NCBI GenBank assembly: GCA_029907105.1
Contig: JARYMM010000002.1
Span: forward strand, 18,992-82,991
Direction: 5' to 3'
Length of the DNA stretch: 64,000 bases
DNA from: Anaerolineae bacterium
GTDB taxonomy: Bacteria > Chloroflexota > Anaerolineae > UBA3071
Below the pieces are notes generated by a model. It ran no database searches, had not been told where the DNA came from, and saw only the letters and a list, made by a program, of their open reading frames with translations. This document shows, piece after piece, positions 47,901 to 53,909 of this stretch. The first letter of the stretch is position 1, and the number at the start of each line of letters is the position of its first letter. The position numbers and the translations under genes were made by a program.

Positions 47901-48130
47901 AGGCGCGAGCGCATCTCCTCAGCGGCTTTGTTGGTAAAGGTCACGCAGAGCAACCGCGTGGGGGGCACCTTTCGCTCGACGACGAGATAGGCCACACGGG
48001 AGGTCAGGGTACGGGTCTTGCCGCTCCCCGGGCCGGCCAGCACCAACACCGGACCGGGCTCGAGTGTCACTGCCTGCCGTTGGCTGTCGTTCAGGCTTGC
48101 CAGAATCTCTTCCGTCGTGTGCAGGGTCAT
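44996..48130 (-). CDS. UvrD/PcrA-family SF1 helicase with an inserted DnaQ-type (DEDDh) 3'-5' exonuclease domain
   Basis: N-terminal VLVLAGPGSGKTRTL (Walker A). Middle segment VVYDLETTG...HNVEGFD...HRAAGD has exonuclease motifs I-III. C-terminal MTLHNAKGTEFP...VGMTRAR (UvrD C-domain). Start at MTLHTTEE (ATG 48130). Contains an in-frame F1 heptamer insertion. Confidence 0.8.
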   Translation of the reverse strand: MTLHTTEEILASLNDSQRQAVTLEPGPVLVLAGPGSGKTRTLTSRVAYLVVERKVPPTRLLCVTFTNKAAEEMRSRLEHLLGPAAADIWIHTFHAACLRILRRHGAAIGLLPDFIVADEVLQDAIWRSVITRRNLSQELYPVYRLRDFVSYEKAALRDLARAASGESVGDPLWAELAADYAEGLRARRALDFDDLIGETVRLLRERAEVRQELQRLLPHVLVDEYQDINRAQYELLTLLCPPGADVMAVADDDQSIYEWRGAQPQLVDEFIARYHPRVIELTECYRSTETILYAAQNMIARQRSPQRRRFLHTSRGRGAPIHHYLLADVAQEHRLITRLIRRLADGHGYACGDIAIFYRTHQLADDLEGYLGQEQIPLQRVRKKNFFEQPGAREVVRYLHLIRSLADDQAILEALNFPQTLADELTVMQLQRLADFHAVGLADLARRAQAFPELSPLTRANLQGFLRLFEEELKPASAEAVDVIMEKLFTLLEQRRSPFERGEWQKWRTWASGCAFSEEAGRLRDQLQAGARLRLTAPATLDGACAAAILEHTLQHYLGRPLDIELIPEAGGLRLEARSPASEPEAWSLEPETRNLEPETPCSVVAYRFAQDLLAAHERLGEGSFVVYDLETTGTNARRDEIIEIGGMAMRGGRPAGEPFYARVRPEQGFIPKAATQVHGLRWEDVRDAEGIERVLPRFLAYVGTDTVVGHNVEGFDNRFLDREAGRLLGRGFRNPYLDTLTLARRLLRDGPDAPASYSLESLLRYFGLGERVEHRAAGDVRQVAALFERLLAENRWQTALRALPELLPLAVLGLLELHCEKRNADGGMIPMAALLNAARRVVQRSGEIVGLARVRELRPQAEERLTLLAARLEAEEPPPLVDEAWDRLREAFQQQVAAFLRFSADRSLSAFLDYQALVVNVDTFAHETRPDRVTLMTLHNAKGTEFPVVIIIGVEEENLPLWTTLQEGQEAALAEERRVFYVGMTRARERLYLCSTRDRGDGFLRGPSRFAFELPPRYVRRFQIDRRGRVRELKAARQRPSRP
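46331..46432. repeat. family F1 heptamer array (about 14 consecutive 7-nt units: GGTTCCA GGTTCCG GGTTTCA GGCTCCA GGCTCCA GGCTTCG ...) in-frame inside the helicase gene
   Basis: Encodes ...ARSPASEPEAWSLEPETRNLEPETP... between the helicase and exonuclease domains. Confidence 0.8.
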
Positions 48131-48179
48131 GATCAGGTGTCCACCGCCTCGTGCGGTTGCCCGGCTTGCTCTATGTTCT

Positions 48180-48207
48180 ATTATAGCATACTCCTGGCGT
48201 AAGTCAA
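48180..48207 (-). promoter_or_regulatory. promoter TTGACT-16-TATAAT (TGc extended -10) for the helicase-exonuclease gene
   Basis: Plus-strand ATTATA at 48180..48185 and AGTCAA at 48202..48207. Confidence 0.5.
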
Positions 48208-48276
48208 GGGGTTTTTTGAAACGAGTTTCGATCGTTGAGGCTTGTGCGCCATCCTTGCACAGGTCTGGCCTCCAAC

Positions 48277-48305
48277 TTGACAAATATCAAGGGACATGCT
48301 ACAAT
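48277..48305 (+). promoter_or_regulatory. consensus sigma70 promoter TTGACA-17-TACAAT for the perR-led oxidative-stress operon
   Basis: The -35 is at 48277..48282 and the -10 at 48300..48305. The imperfect dyad TTAGAATGGTTATCGTTTAA (48314..48333) over the transcript start is a possible autoregulatory box. Confidence 0.6.
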
Positions 48306-48357
48306 CTCCTCAGTTTAGAATGGTTATCGTTTAATGAGGCTTGTCGTGAGGCAGACG

Positions 48358-48828
48358 ATGCTGACAACTGAGGAGATGTGTCGGAAGTTTCGGGCCCTGG
48401 GGCTGAAGGTGACGCCCCAGAGGCGCTTCATCTTCCAGGTGCTGGAGGGAAACCCCCATCACCCCTCGGCCGAGGCGGTTTACGCAGAAGTGCGTGCTTT
48501 TATCCCTGAGATCTCTCTGGCTACCGTGTACAACACGCTGCGCGAGCTGGTGGACCTGGGTGAACTGCGCGAGTTGAACCTGGGGGATGGCAAGAGCCAT
48601 TACGATCCCGACCTGAGCAACCACCAACATCTGGTGTGCGTGCGCTGCCACGCCGTCGCAGACGTGACCTGTGATATCGGTGGCCTTACCCTGACTCCGG
48701 AGCAAAGCCGGGGCTACCGACTTCTGGGCACTGATGTGACGTTCTACGGCCTGTGCCCCGCCTGCCAGCAGCAGGCGGATTGGCCGGGGCAGGCTTTGCA
48801 CCTGTGGGGGGTATCACCCGCAGCCTGA
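48358..48828 (+). CDS. perR: Fur-family metalloregulator, PerR-like
   Basis: Has a KVTPQRRFIFQVL DNA-binding helix and the HHxHxxCxxC metal site (NHQHLVCVRCH). Position heads a peroxide-stress operon. Confidence 0.7.
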   Translation: MLTTEEMCRKFRALGLKVTPQRRFIFQVLEGNPHHPSAEAVYAEVRAFIPEISLATVYNTLRELVDLGELRELNLGDGKSHYDPDLSNHQHLVCVRCHAVADVTCDIGGLTLTPEQSRGYRLLGTDVTFYGLCPACQQQADWPGQALHLWGVSPAA

Positions 48829-48861
48829 ATGCACATTACGATCGAAAGAAAGGATGACCCA

Positions 48862-49356
48862 ATGGCAAGAACAGATTTCGATTACATGAGCGGGGAGCAA
48901 TACCTGGAGGAGATCCTTCGCCAGGCGATCCGCTTCGAAGAGGAATCGTACGCCCTTTACACCAACGCCATCCGGATCAGCACGATGGCCGATGCCCGGG
49001 CCATGCTGGAGGACCTGGCTGCGCAGGAGTTGGGGCACAAACAGAAATTGCAGCGCCTTCAGGCACAGGGAGTCGCCAACCTTGTCCCTGTGGTGAGGAC
49101 GGCGGAGGCTCGGGACCTCAAACTGGCCGAGGTCTTGCAGGCGCCCTCGGAACTGGATGAAGAAGCCGACCTGCAGGACGTATTACTGGTGGCCATGCAG
49201 CGAGAGAAATCCACTCGCGAGTTCTATCTGAAGCTGGGACAGGTCACCGAAGAAGGGCCGGTCAGGAGCCTGTTCGATTTTCTGGCCGAAGAGGAGTTGA
49301 AGCATAAGCAGCGGGTCGAGTCGCTCTACGAGCAACTGGTCTACCGGGAGTTCTGA
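48862..49356 (+). CDS. rubrerythrin-like ferritin-fold diiron protein (no rubredoxin domain)
   Basis: Has two E...ExxH pairs ([30 protein letters not shown]). Confidence 0.6.
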   Translation: MARTDFDYMSGEQYLEEILRQAIRFEEESYALYTNAIRISTMADARAMLEDLAAQELGHKQKLQRLQAQGVANLVPVVRTAEARDLKLAEVLQAPSELDEEADLQDVLLVAMQREKSTREFYLKLGQVTEEGPVRSLFDFLAEEELKHKQRVESLYEQLVYREF

Positions 49357-49411
49357 TCGGAAAACGGCCAATGCGATTGGCCTTCTACCCTTTACACGAG
49401 GAGAACATAGC

Positions 49412-49573
49412 ATGAAGAAGTACGAATGTCTCGCTTGCGGCTACATTTACGATCCTGAGCTGGGCGATCCCGATGGGGGCATCGCTCCCGGCACCGCTTT
49501 CGAGGACTTGCCCGACGATTGGGTCTGCCCTCAGTGCGGTGTGGGCAAGGACATGTTCGAGCCCCTGGATTGA
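49412..49573 (+). CDS. rub: rubredoxin (53 aa); not present in the supplied ORF track
   Basis: Sequence [53 protein letters not shown] has two CxxCG knuckles. GAGGAG ribosome-binding site. Confidence 0.85.
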   Translation: MKKYECLACGYIYDPELGDPDGGIAPGTAFEDLPDDWVCPQCGVGKDMFEPLD

Positions 49574-49590
49574 GTGAGGCCGGCGAAAGC

Positions 49591-50793
49591 ATGTCAGCCA
49601 TTGCCATCAAACCCGACGTCTATTGGATCGGTGTCAACGATCGGACGACCGACCTTTTTGAGGGCTTGTGGCCGATCTCGCAAGAGGGCGTTTCCTACAA
49701 CGCCTACCTCATCAACGACGAGAAGAAAGCGCTCATAGACCTGGCCAAAGCCTTCAAGGCGGACGAATTCTTCGACCACATCGGCGAAGTGGTGGATCCC
49801 TCGCGGCTTGACTACGTCATCATCAACCACATGGAGCCCGACCACACCGGCGTCTTGAACACGCTGCGCCGCATTGCCCCGCAGGTGACCCTTCTGGGTT
49901 CGGCCAAGACGAAGGAGATGCTGGCCTCTTTCTACGGTGTCACGGAAAACGTCGAGGTGGTCGGCGATGGCGATACCCTCTCTCTGGGCCACAGCACATT
50001 GCAGTTTTTCTCCACGCCCTTTGTGCACTGGCCGGAGACGATGATGACCTACGAGACCGGGCGGCGCATCCTTTTCTCCTGCGACGCTTTCGGTGGCTAC
50101 GGCGCGCTGCGCGGGGCCATCTTCGACGACGAGTACCCCGACCTGGGCTTCTATCAGCGGGAGGCCCTTCGCTACTATGCGAACATCATCGCCGGTTTCA
50201 GCAAACGGGTGCTGATGGCCATCGAGAAGCTGGCCGATGTGCCCGTGGAGATCATCGCCCCTTCGCACGGGCTGATCTGGCGGCAGCATCCCCAGCTCAT
50301 CGTCAACCTTTACCGCCAATGGGCCGAGTATGCCGAGAGCGGTGGCGAGGTCGGCGTGACCCTCGTCTACGGGTCCATGTACGGCTACACGGAGAAGATG
50401 ATGAATGCGGTGGCGCAAGGCATCTCCCGCGCTGGCGTGCCGGTGGAGATTTTCGACGCCGCCAGGACGCACGTCAGCTACATCCTGCCCTCCCTGTGGG
50501 CCCGGATCGGCGTGATGGTCGGCGCTCCGACCTACGAGGTCTCCCTGTTTCCTCCCGTGGCCCAGGTGCTGGACATGGCCGTGCACAAGCGCGTACGGCA
50601 TAAGAAGGCAGCCCGGTTCGGCAGCTACGGCTGGAGCGGCGGCGCGCAGAAACACTTCGAGCGCCTCGTTGAATCGGCAGGCTGGGAATTGCTGGACGTT
50701 TTCGAGTTCGTGGGCAGCCCTTCGCCGGAGGAGCTGGAGCAGGGCGAGGAATTCGGTGCCCGCTTCGCTGCACGGATCAGGGAGGGGCGATGA
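49591..50793 (+). CDS. fprA: flavodiiron protein (FprA; rubredoxin:oxygen/NO oxidoreductase)
   Basis: N-terminal metallo-beta-lactamase fold with HxExDH (HMEPDH) and a C-terminal flavodoxin domain. 400 aa. Confidence 0.85.
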   Translation: MSAIAIKPDVYWIGVNDRTTDLFEGLWPISQEGVSYNAYLINDEKKALIDLAKAFKADEFFDHIGEVVDPSRLDYVIINHMEPDHTGVLNTLRRIAPQVTLLGSAKTKEMLASFYGVTENVEVVGDGDTLSLGHSTLQFFSTPFVHWPETMMTYETGRRILFSCDAFGGYGALRGAIFDDEYPDLGFYQREALRYYANIIAGFSKRVLMAIEKLADVPVEIIAPSHGLIWRQHPQLIVNLYRQWAEYAESGGEVGVTLVYGSMYGYTEKMMNAVAQGISRAGVPVEIFDAARTHVSYILPSLWARIGVMVGAPTYEVSLFPPVAQVLDMAVHKRVRHKKAARFGSYGWSGGAQKHFERLVESAGWELLDVFEFVGSPSPEELEQGEEFGARFAARIREGR

Positions 50794-50811
50794 CGGTTGT
50801 CACATAATGTC

Positions 50812-52029
50812 ATGAATTTCACGATTATCGGCAACGGTGTGGCCGGCAACACCGCCGCCCTGGCCCTGAGCAGGCTCGTCCCAGGGGCGCGGGTTGACGT
50901 CTATGCTGCCGAAGCGCATCCCTACTACCCCCGCCCGCTGCTGCCCGAATTCCTGGCCGGCGAGCTGGACCTGGAACACCTGTACTTCAAGCCCCTGTCC
51001 TGGTATGCCGGGCGGAGCATCGCCCTGCACCTGGGCGTGCCGGTGGTCGCCATCATCCTGCAGGAACATCGCATCACGCTGGCGGATGGCACGAAGGCTG
51101 GCTACGATCGTTTGCTCCTGGCCGCCGGTGGCCAGGCCTGGGTTCCCCCCATTCGGGGCGCAGACAAGCCGGGGGTGTTTACCCTGCGCACGGTGGACGA
51201 TGCCCTGGCCATCCAGTCCTATGCCCGCCGGGCGCGCCGGGCCATCGTCATCGGCGGTGGCCTGCTGGGCCTGGAGGCGGCGCGGGCGCTGCGTGTCCTG
51301 GGTCTCCAGGTGAAAGTGGTCGAGTTTCTGCCCCGCCTGTTGCCCCGCCAGCTCGATGCCGAAGGCGCTGCCGTGCTGCAGGGGCTGATCGAGGGCCGGG
51401 GCATCGAGGTCATGGTGGATGCGGCTGCGGAGGAAATCCTGGGAGCAGATGGCGTGACGGGGCTGCGGCTCAAAGACGGTCGGGAGATCGAAGGGGAGCT
51501 TGTGCTGGTCTCCACGGGCATCCGCAGCAACGTCGCCCTGGCCCGAGAGGCGGGCCTGGAGGTGAACCATGGCGTGGTCGTAGACGAACATCTGCGCACC
51601 AGCGCCGCCGACGTCTACGCCGCGGGGGACGTGGCGGAGTTCGATGCTCGGGTCTATGGCATTGTGCCCGCGGCCATCGAGCAGGCGCGGGTTGCCGCTG
51701 CCCACATGGCCGGCGACGAGAGCGCCACTTATCAGGGCACCGTGCCCTTTACCACGCTGAAGGTCACCGGCATTGATCTGACCAGCGTGGGCGTGATCAT
51801 GCCGGAGGAGGGCCGGGAAGCGGAATATCAGGAGCTGCGGCGCACGGATGGCGCCCAGGGGCTGTACCGCAAGCTGGTGTTGAAGGACGGCTGCATTGTG
51901 GGGGCCATCCTGCTGGGCGACAAGGCCCGTGTGGGCCCCGTCACGCAGTTGATCAACCGGTCAGTGGATGTCTCGGCTCACGTCGAGCGGCTCCTGGATG
52001 ACGATTTCGACCTTAAATCCCTGCTGTGA
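50812..52029 (+). CDS. NAD(P)H:rubredoxin oxidoreductase (FAD-dependent pyridine nucleotide-disulfide oxidoreductase family)
   Basis: Has FTIIGNGVAGNTAA and IVIGGGLLGLEAA dinucleotide-binding motifs. Confidence 0.75.
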   Translation: MNFTIIGNGVAGNTAALALSRLVPGARVDVYAAEAHPYYPRPLLPEFLAGELDLEHLYFKPLSWYAGRSIALHLGVPVVAIILQEHRITLADGTKAGYDRLLLAAGGQAWVPPIRGADKPGVFTLRTVDDALAIQSYARRARRAIVIGGGLLGLEAARALRVLGLQVKVVEFLPRLLPRQLDAEGAAVLQGLIEGRGIEVMVDAAAEEILGADGVTGLRLKDGREIEGELVLVSTGIRSNVALAREAGLEVNHGVVVDEHLRTSAADVYAAGDVAEFDARVYGIVPAAIEQARVAAAHMAGDESATYQGTVPFTTLKVTGIDLTSVGVIMPEEGREAEYQELRRTDGAQGLYRKLVLKDGCIVGAILLGDKARVGPVTQLINRSVDVSAHVERLLDDDFDLKSLL

Positions 52030-52077
52030 AGCGATGGTTTCCCTCTGGAAGCACTGTTTCCACCTGTGTGGTTGGTA

Positions 52078-52105
52078 GTAGGACAACTGCGAGCAGTTGT
52101 CCTAC
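52078..52105. promoter_or_regulatory. perfect 28-bp palindrome GTAGGACAACTGC-GAG-GCAGTTGTCCTAC between nror and rbr, flanked by direct repeats AGCACTGTTTC (52050 and 52143)
   Basis: Read directly. No U-tract follows, so this is not a classical terminator. Confidence 0.5.
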
Positions 52106-52205
52106 GCTGGTAGCCAGCAGCGCCCATCGCAACCGCACAGGTAGCACTGTTTCAGGATGTGTTGGCATCCTGACCACGACTCTTCACATTCAAGGAGAAG
52201 CAACG

Positions 52206-52709
52206 ATGAAACTGATGACCAAAGACAATCTGCAAGCTGCCTTTGCCGGCGAGAGCCAGGCGCACATGAAGTATCTGATCTTCGCCGATCAGGCGGAGAA
52301 GGAAGGCTTTCCCGATGTCGCCCGTCTCTTCCGCGCCATTGCCTTCGCCGAGCAGGTCCATGCCACCAACCACTTCCGCACCCTGGGCAAAATCGGCCAG
52401 ACGGCGGAGAACCTGCAGGCGGGGATTGATGGGGAGACCTATGAGGTGAACGAGATGTACCCCGCCTTCCGCGCCGTGGCTGAGCTGCAGGAGGAAAAAG
52501 GGGCGAACCGCTCGATGAGCTGGGCCCTGGAGGCGGAGAAGGTGCATGCCGGGATGTACGAACAGGCCCGCCAGGCCGTCCTCTCCGGCAAGGATGCCGA
52601 GGTGGGTGAGGTGTACATCTGCGAAGTCTGCGGCTGGACCGTCGAAGGCGAGCTGCCTGAGCGTTGCCCCATCTGCGGGGCCAGGAAGGAGAAGTTCCGC
52701 CGCTTCTGA
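52206..52709 (+). CDS. rbr: rubrerythrin (ferritin-like diiron domain plus C-terminal rubredoxin-like CxxC...CxxC)
   Basis: Has AFAGESQAHMKY and the C-terminal CEVCGW...CPICGA. AAGGAGA ribosome-binding site. Confidence 0.85.
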   Translation: MKLMTKDNLQAAFAGESQAHMKYLIFADQAEKEGFPDVARLFRAIAFAEQVHATNHFRTLGKIGQTAENLQAGIDGETYEVNEMYPAFRAVAELQEEKGANRSMSWALEAEKVHAGMYEQARQAVLSGKDAEVGEVYICEVCGWTVEGELPERCPICGARKEKFRRF

Positions 52710-52907
52710 GATGGGCGGACAGGAAAGACACGGTGTTGCCACGTTGATCGTCGCAGGTTGCCTGTGGGGTGCTGAACAGGAGGTTTGCTCATGGCAGAGA
52801 AGGAAAAGATCCCCTCTTGCGTGCAACCAGCAGCCGGCCCGTTAGTGCCGGCACCGAAGCTCGCCTCCGCCAAAGGCGAGCCGGCAACCGAGAAGGAGGT
52901 ACCTGAG

Positions 52908-53498
52908 ATGATCGCACGTGTGGGCAAGGAAGCGCCGGATTTTGAGACCAATGCCTTTGTGGACGGAGGCTTTAAGAACATCAAGCTGTCGGACTATCGC
53001 GGCCAGTGGGTGGTGCTCTGCTTCTACCCCGGCGACTTCACCTTCGTTTGACCGACGGAACTGACGGCAGTTGCCGCCAGGTATCCGGAGCTGAAGGCGT
53101 TGGGCGTCGAGGTGCTGGCCATGAGCGTGGACAGCGTCTTCGTTCACAAGGTCTGGCAGGAAGAAGAGCTGTCCAGGATGATCGAGGGGGGAGTTCCCTA
53201 TCCCATGCTCTCCGACCGGGGCGGGCGCATCGGCACCGTCTACGGAGTCTACGACGAGGCCGCTGGTGTGGACATTCGGGGCCGTTTCCTGATTGACCCC
53301 GATGGCGTGATCCAGGCCATGGAGGTCCTGACACCGTCTGTGGGCCGCAACCCGGACGAGCTGGTCCGCCAGGTCAAGGCGTATCAGCATGTGCGGGAAA
53401 CGGGCGAAGTCACCCCCTCCGGCTGGACACCAGGCCAACCCACCCTCAAACCAGGTCCTGGTCTGGTGGGCAAGGTCTGGAAGGTGTGGAAGCCCTGA
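52908..53498 (+). CDS. AhpC/Prx1-type peroxiredoxin with in-frame TGA at the peroxidatic cysteine ([14 protein letters not shown]); candidate selenoperoxiredoxin with no resolving Cys
   Basis: ATG 52908 is preceded by AAGGAGGT. ORFs 52785..53051 and 53100..53498 share a frame across TGA 53049..53051. A hairpin lies 13 nt downstream. Confidence 0.65.
53049..53051 (+). other. in-frame UGA, putative selenocysteine codon
   Basis: Replaces the Cys codon of the universal peroxiredoxin motif DFTFVCPTE. Confidence 0.6.
53065..53076 (+). promoter_or_regulatory. hairpin CGGC-AGTT-GCCG, putative bacterial SECIS apical stem-loop
   Basis: Lies 13 nt 3' of the UGA. Loop context GCAGTTGC is shared with 39395..39408. 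Confidence 0.4.
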
Positions 53499-53559
53499 GC
53501 ATCCTGGAGGCAACCGTCCGACGATCAGCGTGGCTATTCTTCGAGAGGAGGGAGGGGCG

Positions 53560-53736
53560 ATGACAGAGTTGAAATGCGATTTCTGCGGCGATCCTATCGA
53601 GGGGGAAGCGATCAGGCGCGGCGATCGCGTCTACTGCTGCGAGGCCTGTGCCTTTGAGGCCACCCGCAGCAAGGATTGCGGCGGCCGCGGCGATTCCCAT
53701 CTGCCTCACCAGGTCGCGGAACCCGTCGAGCGGTGA
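53560..53736 (+). CDS. small Cys-rich metal-binding protein (TRASH/zinc-ribbon-like), 58 aa
   Basis: Sequence MTELKCDFCGDPIEGEAIRRGDRVYCCEACAF... has C-x2-C...CC-x2-C. GGAGGGG ribosome-binding site. It is the last gene of the operon. Confidence 0.4.
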   Translation: MTELKCDFCGDPIEGEAIRRGDRVYCCEACAFEATRSKDCGGRGDSHLPHQVAEPVER

Positions 53737-53756
53737 GACCTGATCAGTGCATGGAA

Positions 53757-53909
53757 GGGTTTCAGGTTTCAGGTTCCAGGTTCCCGGTTTCCGGACCGAA
53801 CCTGAAACCTGAAACCCTTCGGGCTGAGCGCCTCGGCCGACGCCTCGGCGGAGGCCCTCAGAGCTTGCCCTGAGTGAAGCGAAGGGGCGAAGCCTTTGAA
53901 TCTGGAACC
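53757..53909. repeat. family F1 element, most complete copy: 38-nt heptamer arm (GGGTTTC AGGTTTC AGGTTCC AGGTTCC CGGTTTC CGG), 4-nt loop, inverted arm, then the conserved 43-bp core and tail; it acts as an intergenic hairpin/terminator between convergent operons
   Basis: Arms at 53757..53794 and 53799..53817. The core at 53820..53862 is 42/43 identical to 26050..26092. The tail GAAGCCT..GGAAC is shared with 26096..26105. The metalloprotease stop and last ~15 codons lie inside the element. Confidence 0.85.

Noticed and set aside
52785-53498. The TGA-split peroxiredoxin and redoxin interpreted as pseudogenes or frameshift errors
   Set aside because: There is no frameshift in either gene. The single in-frame stop sits exactly on the catalytic Cys codon in two independent redox genes, and each is followed by a similar small hairpin. 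That pattern is expected for Sec and improbable for random nonsense mutations. Pseudogene status cannot be fully excluded without the rest of the genome.
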